Shown piece by piece: positions 18,054-25,366 of a stretch of DNA of 25,366 nucleotides. Position 1 is the stretch's first letter, and each line of letters begins with the position of its first letter. This DNA is from a virus (taxonomy: Duplodnaviria > Caudoviricetes), in IMG/VR virus record IMGVR_UViG_3300028633_000382, positions 1 to 25,366 of that record; one strand, written 5' to 3'. Both the position numbers and the translations under genes were made by a program. Under the pieces are notes generated by a model. It made no database searches and was not told where the DNA came from. It saw only the letters and a list, made by a program, of their open reading frames with translations.

Positions 18054-18503
18054 CTATCCATTTCTGATCCTCAAGTACTCGGCCAGGTCTATCACGATGC
18101 TTTGGAACTGCTTAAGCTGGGTCTCGTGACCTCTTTCAATCATGAAGTCGGTCACCTGATCAAGGAAACGAACAATGTAGTCATTGAGCTCCTTTGATGG
18201 CACCGCGTCCTTCTGATTCTGCTTGATGAGTGAGACCAGGCTCTGCAGAGCGGTATCGGCAGGATTCTTGGCATACTCACGTAGTGCTTGGATGAGAGCC
18301 TTCTTGCGAGCCAAGTTGATCTCATGGTCAAGCTTACGCTCTTCCTTGAACATCTCGTCCCACTTACCTGACTTGATCCACTTGCGGACGGTGATATCGG
18401 ATACTCCGAAGATCACCGCCAACTCAGTGGGTTCGGTTTTGCCGTTCAGATAGGCTTCTTTGCAGTTATCCCGCTTGATGCGGAACTCAATGGAGTTACT
18501 CAT
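18054..18503 (-). CDS. terS: Probable terminase small subunit (N-terminal HTH; Mu gp27-like position), 149 aa from ATG 18503
   Basis: KEAYLNG...ELAVIFGVSDITVRKWIKSGKWD HTH followed by helical oligomerisation-like segments; upstream of terL; ATG 18503 overlaps the end of the previous gene. Confidence 0.7.
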   Translation of the reverse strand: MSNSIEFRIKRDNCKEAYLNGKTEPTELAVIFGVSDITVRKWIKSGKWDEMFKEERKLDHEINLARKKALIQALREYAKNPADTALQSLVSLIKQNQKDAVPSKELNDYIVRFLDQVTDFMIERGHETQLKQFQSIVIDLAEYLRIRNG

Positions 18504-18741
18504 ACTCGGGTTTGACCTGGTTCTTGAGGACATATTGGTTAAGGTCTTTTCCGGAGCAGCGCAGCTGTCCGTTTTCAGTTGTGCGAAATGCTCGCAGAGG
18601 GTTGGCAATGTCTCTAATCCAACGATAGACGGTTTTCCTGCTCACTCGGAGAGCGGTGGCTACTTCGTCCGGTCGGTAATTGCGATTGACGTCGAATACT
18701 TTCATTGGCTCCTCTGCTGTTATCGTTTCTATGGATGCCAT
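18496..18741 (-). CDS. Excisionase-like / HTH_17 DNA-binding protein
   Basis: YRPDEVATALRVSRKTVYRWI...LRAFR...LR; AAGGGAG RBS. Confidence 0.8.
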   Translation of the reverse strand: MASIETITAEEPMKVFDVNRNYRPDEVATALRVSRKTVYRWIRDIANPLRAFRTTENGQLRCSGKDLNQYVLKNQVKPEYE

Positions 18742-18764
18742 GTTTCAATCTCCCTTGCTTTGAT

Positions 18765-18793
18765 CAAATCAGGATGGGCTACCATGAGACAGT
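18765..18793 (-). promoter_or_regulatory. 29-bp motif upstream of the HTH-terS-terL operon (copy 2 of 2)
   Basis: CAAATCAGGATGGGCTACCATGAGACAGT; 25/29 identical to 5880-5908; same orientation. Confidence 0.7.
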
Positions 18794-18795
18794 AT

Positions 18796-19407
18796 CTACA
18801 GGGCACTGAAGTTCAGCACGATTCGGTTGTAGTTACCGGCTTCGTCTCTTACTGCGAAAGAGATGTACTGCTTGGTGGAAGTGACCAGGATGGCTTTATC
18901 GATCAGCTCCATCGCTTCCTTCCAGACTGGATCTTTGATCTTGTATCTGCGGAGAGCGAAGATACGGTAACGTGCTAATTGCCCTCGCTTATCTACTTGG
19001 AATGCTTCGTTGATGATAGCCTTGAGATTGTCACTGGAGTCGGCAGACCAGGCTTTGATGCACTCGTCTATCTTCTGCTTGGCGAGTTGCAGCTCAATGC
19101 CAAACTGAATCTTCTCCCTGAAACGCATCTCGATGCGATACTTCTCATCGAAGCTGATGAGCAGGGCATTGCCCTTCCATTCGAGGCCATTTCTGCGAGC
19201 AGCGTCGTTCAGATAGTTCTCGATGATCTGGATCATTTTCTGTTTGTCGGATAGAATACGTTCTTGCAGTTTGATGGCGCAGTCCATCGCTTTCTTGACT
19301 GCGGCGTCCTTTTCCACTATTTCGGTGTGCAGCACCTTCACAGGGATTTCCCTACCTTGAGCATCGGTTAAGGTGCGTTCTTTGACTGGCTTGCTCGCTT
19401 TACTCAT
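18796..19407 (-). CDS. DUF3164-like protein of Mu-like phages
   Basis: DAQGREIP, KGNALLISFD, LQLAKQKIDECIKAWS, AFQVDKRG, WKEAMELI, KQYISF...LNFSAL. Confidence 0.8.
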   Translation of the reverse strand: MSKASKPVKERTLTDAQGREIPVKVLHTEIVEKDAAVKKAMDCAIKLQERILSDKQKMIQIIENYLNDAARRNGLEWKGNALLISFDEKYRIEMRFREKIQFGIELQLAKQKIDECIKAWSADSSDNLKAIINEAFQVDKRGQLARYRIFALRRYKIKDPVWKEAMELIDKAILVTSTKQYISFAVRDEAGNYNRIVLNFSAL

Positions 19408-19837
19408 TTGAATCCTCCTTAGGATCGCTTTGTTTATTTGGTGATTGATTGATCTCTTGTTTCTTGATGTAGGACTGGAACATAGCGATAACCGCTCTGC
19501 GCTCCTTCTTGTTGAGCAGGTTCCAGTGGCTTTTGGAATAGTGACTGATCGTGAATGCCCGCAGCTGGGACTCGGTCCAGCCGGCTTGCTTCATCAGTGC
19601 ATGCATGTACTTGCCCTGTTTATCGTAGTTGTATTCGAGGGGTCTGCCATGTCTGCGGTACTTCAACATAATGGCTTTGAACTCGAGCAGCTTATCTTCG
19701 GATAGGGCTCTGAGCGAATCGCCATAGCCCATACCATTCATGATGAACTTGAAGGCGTCCATCGGCCAGTGGAACTTCTTGACCCGCAGGCCATGTATCT
19801 CTTGGCGTAGTTTTCGTTCTCTCAGTTCCTTATCCAT
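19400..19837 (-). CDS. GemA/Mu gp16-like regulatory protein
   Basis: QEIH...G.DSLRALSEDKL...KYMHALM...LRAF...LLNKKERRAVI pattern and position in the Mu-like early region. Confidence 0.65.
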   Translation of the reverse strand: MDKELRERKLRQEIHGLRVKKFHWPMDAFKFIMNGMGYGDSLRALSEDKLLEFKAIMLKYRRHGRPLEYNYDKQGKYMHALMKQAGWTESQLRAFTISHYSKSHWNLLNKKERRAVIAMFQSYIKKQEINQSPNKQSDPKEDSNE

Positions 19838-19860
19838 AGAATGCCCCCGATTGGCTGATC

Positions 19861-20409
19861 TTACAGTGCTTGCTGTGATTGTTGATCCGTGCGCTTCTTA
19901 GTTTGGTAAGGCGCTCTTGGCTTGGGTGGCATCCCGGCCTTGCTACGCAGTTCACCCAGGATGCCCTTGATCACAATCGATCCCACCATGGGGATTTTCT
20001 GGGGTTCTAATACGCAGTATCCGCTCTGATCGATGCCGATCACCTTAACCGAGGCCATCGCTTCCAGATAGAGGTATATCCACTGCCTGCTACGTCCATA
20101 GATATCAGCCAGTTGACGGATGCTGCGTATCTTCTGGCTGGCGATCACCTTAAGCAGTTTACTACACTCCATCTTACTGAAGTCCAACTTCTGCGAGTGC
20201 GTATTAACCAGCTTGAAGTCGTAGCGATGGGCATAGACATAGATCTCTTGATCTTTGCAGATACACTTGATGTTGCCTTCGGCAAGCATCGTGCGCATCA
20301 CCTCGTTGACGATATCTAGGGGAGCGTCCGTCATCTCGCAGACCAGTTTCTGGTTGAAGGGACGTCGGAACTGGAGCATGAAGCGGCGTACCAGATCTTG
20401 CTGTGTCAT
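19861..20409 (-). CDS. HTH DNA-binding protein, possible Mor/C-like activator
   Basis: SIRQLADIYGRSRQWIYLYL HTH plus an N-terminal wHTH-like segment; coupled to the MuB-like gene. Confidence 0.55.
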   Translation of the reverse strand: MTQQDLVRRFMLQFRRPFNQKLVCEMTDAPLDIVNEVMRTMLAEGNIKCICKDQEIYVYAHRYDFKLVNTHSQKLDFSKMECSKLLKVIASQKIRSIRQLADIYGRSRQWIYLYLEAMASVKVIGIDQSGYCVLEPQKIPMVGSIVIKGILGELRSKAGMPPKPRAPYQTKKRTDQQSQQAL

Positions 20410-21116
20410 AAGGCCTCCCTCAGCACCAGCTCAGATAAGGGGGTTTCTTTGTCAGTGCGGGTTTCCAGCATATGCATGACCTTCATGGCCTGCCGCAGGT
20501 TGCCCTTGCTGTAGTTCCAGACAAAGTCTGTGGTGGTCTTATCGACCGGATCGGTCATCACTTTCTTGGTGACTTTCATAATATCCTCCTTGGTATTATC
20601 TTGGAATTCGTAGAAGTAGTTGCAGCGGTCAAAGTAATGGGAATCGATACGGGATAGCTTATCCTTTGCTTCCTGCATCCCGATCAGCAGGATCACTGCC
20701 AGAGTCTCGTCAGCCAAGTCCCGGATCGAACCTAGCAGTTCGTAATAGCGGAAGGCATAGTCGATCTCATCGATGATGACCACCGCGTCCTGCTGTTCAC
20801 ACAGGACTTGGACACACTGCTTGAACAGCGTGTTGGTCGATCCATGCGGGATGTAATCGCCATAGCCATAGTTACGGTATAAGCTGCTTAGCAGTTCCTT
20901 GGCGAAGGTCTTGGGAGTTGATGTAGCCTCCAAGCGCAGGTATGTATAACCATTGCGAAAGGCCGTTCTGGTGGCGAAGGTGGTCTTACCCAGTCCCGGT
21001 TTGCCATAAAGCATGCCCAACCCGACGATCTCCTGCTTGGGTCTAGTGAGCAGGAAGTCGATGCACTGCTGGGCTCTGATCACATTGACGGTTTGGATGA
21101 GTTTTCCTTGTTCCAT
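20406..21116 (-). CDS. MuB-like AAA+ transposition ATPase
   Basis: Walker A GKPGLGKT, Walker B VIIDEID, ILLIGM, GNLRQ; immediately follows the transposase. Confidence 0.9.
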   Translation of the reverse strand: MEQGKLIQTVNVIRAQQCIDFLLTRPKQEIVGLGMLYGKPGLGKTTFATRTAFRNGYTYLRLEATSTPKTFAKELLSSLYRNYGYGDYIPHGSTNTLFKQCVQVLCEQQDAVVIIDEIDYAFRYYELLGSIRDLADETLAVILLIGMQEAKDKLSRIDSHYFDRCNYFYEFQDNTKEDIMKVTKKVMTDPVDKTTTDFVWNYSKGNLRQAMKVMHMLETRTDKETPLSELVLREAL

Positions 21117-21118
21117 GA

Positions 21119-23272
21119 TTATTTCCTCTCTACTCCGATCCGGTTCAACATCTCTTTCAGGCTGATATCCGACTGGGGATGTTTAGCCTGGCTATCACTA
21201 TCATCTTTGGTCTGCTCCTGGATTATCTCCGCCTCCAGCATCGCCATCTCTTCCAGAGGCTCCGGAACTTCCTGAGCTACCTGATTCTGCTCGTGGATGA
21301 CTATCTGCTCCAGTCTGGCTATCTCCTGCTCAGGACCCGGCTGGGGAGCTTCCAGCATGGGCGGTTGAATGAAGGTGGGGTTCGCAGTGGACATCAGCAG
21401 TGGCCTGACCAGGTTCTCGACTACATCCGAGCTATGGCGGACGGTGAGTTTGGTGCGCTTCTCGATCTGCTTGTGATAGCGTTTGATCTCCCTGGACTCC
21501 TTGTTCAACTCGGCCTGGGAGATGGGATTGCTCTTATCGAGATGCACGAAGGGGTTCTGCGACCTGCGAACCTCGGCTTGGCAGATAAAGTTGTCTTGCA
21601 GGTCATAGACTACGATCCAGCGCAGATCTGCCATATCGTAGCGGATAATGACTTCCTTGCCGATATGTTCCATCAGCTTCGTATCCCAGTACATCAGCTT
21701 GTTGAGGACGATACCGTTATTACGCAGGGTCTTGCGTTTCTCGGTCATCATCAGGAAGTTGAGTCGCTTGGCTTCGATTCTGCGTTCCGCTGGCGGCTTG
21801 ACTGCGCTATACACCGACCAGGGGGTCTTGCCGCCCAGTCCGCTGTGAGGAGTCTCGCCATACATCTTACGGATATAGAACCCGATCATCTGCATGGCTT
21901 CTTCCAGAGTGGGAGGATTGGCTTCATACAACTTCTTTGCCCACTTCTCGTTGCGCATCAGCGTGGCAGGTTTATCGGCCACCGATGCTCCCCGGAAGCT
22001 GCTGATGAAGCGTTCGAACTGCTCCTGGAAGGTCTTGAAGAAGCGCTCGATGATCTTGGCTTTGGCATTGTAACTTTCTGCGAAGGCCACTTCGATGCCC
22101 AGCCTGGGGAATATTCCCGCAAGGTCACTGGTGAGGTCATGATCCTGCCATTTCTCATTGAACAGTTTAGATCGGAAGGCCTTGCCGTTATCGAGATAGA
22201 CGTACTTGGGAACTCCACCCCAGTTGAGGATGGCATTTCTGAAGGCGATCTGGATGTGTTGGCTGTCTTCAGTAAAGGCGAGCGTGGCTCCCACCGGATA
22301 GCGGCTTGCCCAGTCAAAGACCATGATCATTGTCATGCGTTGGGCTTTCCCGGTCTTGGGATTGATAATATCGAAGGCGAGGGTATGACCATCGGCTACC
22401 CAGACCTGACCCACTTTCAGTAGCTCATTATCCCGTTTGATGGTCTTGACTATCTCTTCCGCCACTGCCTTGCTACCCTGCCTGGCCTGAGTCCAGACGG
22501 CAGGATTGTTCCGCATGTAGTCTTCGCACCAGCGTCTCAGGGTCGGTATTGAACTGGGAGACTCCAAGGAACCCAGCCTGGCATAGCTCTTGAGGGTCAC
22601 GATGGCAGAGCCGATCTTGATCTTCTGCGGCGAGAGCAGCAGCTTCATTAGGAAGTGCTGTTCCAGATAGGTAACCTTGCGGCCTCGAAGCTGGTTCTTG
22701 CTCTTGTGGATCAAGGCGAACATATCCCGGTTGCTTTCGGTGTACTTCTCCACCCATAACCTCAGAGTACGTTCCTGGCGAAGTCCCTTGATCGTTTTCA
22801 ACTCGGGCACCAGGAGCCCTTCATTGTACTCCTTGGCGATCAGCTTCCACTCTTCCAGCTTGGCTTCCGTCTCTGCCAGGCGATTTAGAACCGTCTCGCA
22901 GAACTGGGAGTGGAGTTGAGCCTCGACCATGCAACTGAGCAGTTCCTTACTCTCCGGCTCCAGATTCAAGCTGGCGGCTTCGATCTGCTCAGAGATCGTT
23001 ACCGGCTCGATAGCCTGTGGTTCCTCTACCTTATATATAGGAGAGGCGATCTCAGTTGCAGATGGTGCTTCCTGTACATTTTCGATTGGAGCAGGCTTGA
23101 TTCTGCCGACCACCTTCGCTTTTATCTCCGTTTGGATAGTTTTATCTGATCCAGTGGCATACTTCGTGAACTTGATCGGGACTCCGGACTTGATTAGTTC
23201 CGCTATCCTCCGGCAGTCTGCGTCATATTCTGCTCTGTCATACTGGCCGATGATCTCTTCCAGTGTTTCCAT
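21119..23272 (-). CDS. MuA-like DDE transposase
   Basis: DDE triad in WVADGH, YLDNGKAF and AKIIERFF; PHSGLGGKTP; Mu-type C-terminal beta domain (NNGIVL...Y...VIIRYDMADL). Confidence 0.93.
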   Translation of the reverse strand: METLEEIIGQYDRAEYDADCRRIAELIKSGVPIKFTKYATGSDKTIQTEIKAKVVGRIKPAPIENVQEAPSATEIASPIYKVEEPQAIEPVTISEQIEAASLNLEPESKELLSCMVEAQLHSQFCETVLNRLAETEAKLEEWKLIAKEYNEGLLVPELKTIKGLRQERTLRLWVEKYTESNRDMFALIHKSKNQLRGRKVTYLEQHFLMKLLLSPQKIKIGSAIVTLKSYARLGSLESPSSIPTLRRWCEDYMRNNPAVWTQARQGSKAVAEEIVKTIKRDNELLKVGQVWVADGHTLAFDIINPKTGKAQRMTMIMVFDWASRYPVGATLAFTEDSQHIQIAFRNAILNWGGVPKYVYLDNGKAFRSKLFNEKWQDHDLTSDLAGIFPRLGIEVAFAESYNAKAKIIERFFKTFQEQFERFISSFRGASVADKPATLMRNEKWAKKLYEANPPTLEEAMQMIGFYIRKMYGETPHSGLGGKTPWSVYSAVKPPAERRIEAKRLNFLMMTEKRKTLRNNGIVLNKLMYWDTKLMEHIGKEVIIRYDMADLRWIVVYDLQDNFICQAEVRRSQNPFVHLDKSNPISQAELNKESREIKRYHKQIEKRTKLTVRHSSDVVENLVRPLLMSTANPTFIQPPMLEAPQPGPEQEIARLEQIVIHEQNQVAQEVPEPLEEMAMLEAEIIQEQTKDDSDSQAKHPQSDISLKEMLNRIGVERK

Positions 23273-23592
23273 TATTCCTCCTTATCTCCTACTTTGATGT
23301 ATGCTGTGACGAACCGGCAGTCCCGTTTATCGGAGCCCATATTCATGAGTTCCCGATCCAGGCAGACTCCATGCTGGTTCTTGCTCTTGCAGTCAGCTAT
23401 CTCCAGATCGAGAAGCTCACCTGCCGCCAGAACGAAGGTCTTGGTGGTATGGCTCTTCCCGCTGGGCACCAATCTGTTGACCGCAGGCAGGTTTCCTTCT
23501 TTCACCAGTCTGCGGATCGTCTTGATCGACTTGCCTGTCAGTTCCGCTACCCGTGCAAGGGGCAGCCAGATCATCGTAAAATCTCTCTCCAT
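23272..23592 (-). CDS. Small HTH DNA-binding protein in the ner position (106 aa from ATG 23592)
   Basis: GGGAAGGA RBS before ATG 23592; WLPLARVAELTGKSIKTIRRLVKEGNLPA; TAATG stop/start overlap with the transposase. Confidence 0.75.
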   Translation of the reverse strand: MERDFTMIWLPLARVAELTGKSIKTIRRLVKEGNLPAVNRLVPSGKSHTTKTFVLAAGELLDLEIADCKSKNQHGVCLDRELMNMGSDKRDCRFVTAYIKVGDKEE

Positions 23593-23629
23593 TTCATATC
23601 CTTCCCATGATATCCGATTACCTGTAATT

Positions 23630-23827
23630 GGACTTGGACAAATTGAAGGTGCCGGACCTGGACTTGGACATGGACATTCCCCTGGACTTGGACATGGACT
23701 TGGACATTTTCCGTAGCACTTGGACACAATTTCGCACAAAGAATGGATATTGTGCCCGGATGCTATGCGCAGTGAGAGCTTGAAGCCATTTTGTCCAAGT
23801 CCGAGTGGATATGGTTGGACTTGGACA
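23630..23827. repeat. Cluster of GGACTTGGACA motifs including a GGACNT hexamer tandem array
   Basis: Exact copies at 23630, 23660, 23684, 23696 and 23817, and an inverted copy at 23792. Nine 6-bp units across 23654-23707 (eight GGACNT, one TCCCCT). Confidence 0.9.
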
Positions 23828-24040
23828 TTCTGCACTTGGCAGGCTTCGCAGCTCGACTTTTTGCACTGTTTCGCGGTCATTTTCACCTCTCTGGTTAGTT
23901 TTAACATGGTGCTAAGTACCTTGCATCCAATATCTTGGGAAGTCCTTTCTGCAGTCCAGCGGATTTTTCCGGCACTTTTCTGAAGGGTGCCAAACTTGCC
24001 GGCACGAATGCCATTGGGATAGACCCCCTCCGAAAATAAT

Positions 24041-24112
24041 CATTGACACAACTATACGGCTATATATTGATGTTCTGAGTTCACTATAAATCCGTATGGA
24101 AATATGTCAATG
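24041..24112. promoter_or_regulatory. Imperfect inverted repeat containing face-to-face promoter elements (lysis/lysogeny switch)
   Basis: Minus strand TTGACA (24110-24105)-N16-TATAGT (24088-24083); plus strand TTGACA (24043-24048)-N14-TATATT. Confidence 0.65.
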
Positions 24113-24135
24113 GCAAATTGAACAATGGAGGTATT

Positions 24136-24864
24136 ATGGCAGCCCCAGAGGTTGGACAACGATTGGCTATGCTGATGAAGAGTATGAAGTTAAAAAACTA
24201 TCAGTTCGCCAAAAAATATGGCATCTCGGCCGCCTCGTTATCGAGGTATAAGGCCGGAGAACGCTACCCAGATCCCGAACTTTTACTCAAGTTATCCGAG
24301 TCCGAAGTGAATGTAAATTGGCTTCTGACTGGCAAGGGTACGACCCGGATCGTGCAGGATTTTGATGGTTGGATGAAGGAGAGATTGGAGGAGAAACTCA
24401 AGGTAGTCGACAGCAAGACCGGGCTAATCCAAGCCCCTACAATAGATTACACCCGCACCGTGAACCTCACGATTATCGGCGATATTTCCGCCGGACCCAG
24501 AGAGGACATCATAGACTGCCGGGATTTAGGCGAGAATCTTGAGCTCCCTCGTTCCTTGCTCCCCGGGCATACTGATAAGTATATGGCATTTAGAGTAAAT
24601 GGACACAGTATGGAACCCAATATCCTGCATGAGGACATTGTGGTCATCAAACAGGAGCTGGATTGGGAAATTGCCAATGAAAGGGTCTGTGCGATCAGAG
24701 CCGACGATGGAGTTACTCTTAAGAAAGTGGAACTTGATCCCACCAATAGACGTATTATTTTACAGCCATTTAATTTAGACTACAAGGTCCAGATTATAGA
24801 CTCAGATCAGGGTCTCGAAGCATTTTTGATTGGAGTTTTGTCACTTCAGTTGCGGCTTTTCTAA
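24136..24864 (+). CDS. CI/LexA-like phage repressor (XRE HTH + S24 autopeptidase), 242 aa from ATG 24136
   Basis: GGAGG RBS; QFAKKYGISAASLSRYKAG...VNVNWLLTGKG HTH; Ala-Gly cleavage site (ISAG); catalytic Ser (GHSMEP) and Lys (TLKKV). Confidence 0.93.
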   Translation: MAAPEVGQRLAMLMKSMKLKNYQFAKKYGISAASLSRYKAGERYPDPELLLKLSESEVNVNWLLTGKGTTRIVQDFDGWMKERLEEKLKVVDSKTGLIQAPTIDYTRTVNLTIIGDISAGPREDIIDCRDLGENLELPRSLLPGHTDKYMAFRVNGHSMEPNILHEDIVVIKQELDWEIANERVCAIRADDGVTLKKVELDPTNRRIILQPFNLDYKVQIIDSDQGLEAFLIGVLSLQLRLF

Positions 24865-24870
24865 ATCGGT

Positions 24871-24913
24871 ATTTTGGGCTGGAGCTGGCGGATGTCCAAC
24901 TCCAGTCCAAAAT
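24871..24913. terminator. 18-bp inverted repeat just after the repressor stop (possible terminator or protein-binding site)
   Basis: ATTTTGGGCTGGAGCTGG-cggatgt-CCAACTCCAGTCCAAAAT, 2 mismatches; no clear U-tract. Confidence 0.45.
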
Positions 24914-25041
24914 CAGCCCTATTTGCAATTATTACTGATACAAAGACGTCCAGAAACGTCCAAAACAGCCGATGTCCAAGTCCAAACCTAGTCCGTCATA
25001 TCTCCCCACCTCATAAAGCGTTATCCCCACTTGTCCAAGTG
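24893..25041. repeat. TGTCCAAGT(CC)-like motifs near the prophage end; candidate transposase-binding end sites
   Basis: TGTCCAACTCC (24893), CGTCCA (24947 and 24957), exact TGTCCAAGTCC (24973), TGTCCAAGT (25032) inside the palindrome CACTTG-tc-CAAGTG. Confidence 0.65.
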
Positions 25042-25117
25042 AGACGGGCTTGCAACTTTGGGTGAGAGTTTATAGAGATTTTGCAACAGATGGTTTGACA
25101 GGAGGTTGAACACTGGC

Positions 25118-25366
25118 TTAAATCCCTTTCAGGGTGAGGCCTTCCCAGGGTTTTTTGAGGGTGTAGGCCATCACCAGGCGCTCTTTGCCACAGAGGCCGT
25201 CGGGAACGATGTCCGCGTAAGCGTCCAAAACCAGATAGTGCCTGAAAGGCAAGCCGGTGAGGCGGCAACATTCCTCCAGAATTTCGATGCCCTCCTGTAT
25301 CACTTCCGGGGTGGTGTGTTCCATCAGGTTGTTGTTGCAGACGAACTCCGTTATCTTCAGTTTGGA
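25118..25366 (-). CDS. 3' end of a probable host gene (resembles the C-terminus of a P-loop ATP-binding protein of anaerobes); start lies outside the window
   Basis: The frame is open to the window edge (SKLKITEFVCNNNLMEHTTPEVI...KKPWE), so ATG 25324 is internal. No phage-like motifs. The product call is weak. Confidence 0.5.
   Translation of the reverse strand, partial: SKLKITEFVCNNNLMEHTTPEVIQEGIEILEECCRLTGLPFRHYLVLDAYADIVPDGLCGKERLVMAYTLKKPWEGLTLKGI

Larger units (their letters stand above)
1..25050 (-). mobile_element. Transposable (Mu-like) prophage, partial; continues beyond base 1; right boundary approximate (between 25041 and 25117)
   Basis: Repressor divergent from HTH - DDE transposase - AAA ATPase - GemA-like - DUF3164-like genes, followed by terminase, portal, capsid and lysis genes, all on the minus strand. 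A probable host gene converges at 25118. Confidence 0.92.

Noticed and set aside
18504-18608. N-terminal extension of terS given in the ORF track
   Set aside because: It overlaps the HTH gene 18496-18741 by over 100 bp; ATG 18503 gives normal coupling.
5880-18793. The two 29-bp copies as att sites or target duplication of the defence cassette
   Set aside because: They enclose terS, terL and the F-like gene as well as the cassette, so they do not match its boundaries, and no site-specific recombinase is encoded. A regulatory role fits better.
21179-22423. 414-aa + strand ORF (also 1031-1756 and many other + strand ORFs over phage genes)
   Set aside because: Antisense shadows of well-supported minus-strand genes; no recognisable motifs.
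23630-23827. Possible CRISPR array
   Set aside because: Units are 6-11 bp, adjacent or irregularly spaced, in both orientations, with no unique ~30-bp spacers and no cas genes.
23593-23907. N-terminal 105 aa of the 211-aa ORF with CPSPCPSP repeats, suggesting a Cys/Pro-rich protein
   Set aside because: It is the translation of the GGACNT DNA array. A good RBS and the HTH begin at ATG 23592. The overlapping MSKS- and GLGH-repeat ORFs are the same artefact.

Overview
Almost the whole window (1 to ~25,050) is the repressor-end portion of a transposable (Mu-like) prophage, read mostly on the minus strand. From right to left it has: a CI-type S24 repressor (+ strand); a small HTH gene; MuA-like DDE transposase; MuB-like AAA ATPase; an HTH protein; GemA/gp16-like and DUF3164-like genes; an excisionase-like HTH; small and large terminase; a head-morphogenesis (Mu F / SPP1 gp7) gene; lysozyme; three probable neck genes; a PBSX-type portal; a single fused XkdF-protease/scaffold/major-capsid ORF; a holin-like gene; and a probable tail gene. 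The element continues beyond base 1. An AT-rich ~9.5 kb defence cassette on the + strand (~5,910-15,420) sits between the head-morphogenesis gene and the lysis/structural operon. It encodes a PLD-nuclease/SF2-helicase fusion, an Eco57I-like N6-adenine methyltransferase, a Zn-ribbon/NDT-like protein, a small 3-TM protein and two different TIR proteins. This last part is a Thoeris-like module with no SIR2, macro or caspase effector that I can recognise. Non-coding signals include a 29-bp motif shared by the two late-operon leaders, an 11-bp GGACTTGGACA motif repeated on both sides of the repressor gene, a pseudo-palindromic face-to-face promoter, and hairpins over the terL ribosome-binding site. 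The last ~250 bp are the 3' end of a probable host gene. All family calls come from motif recognition by eye; no database searches were run.
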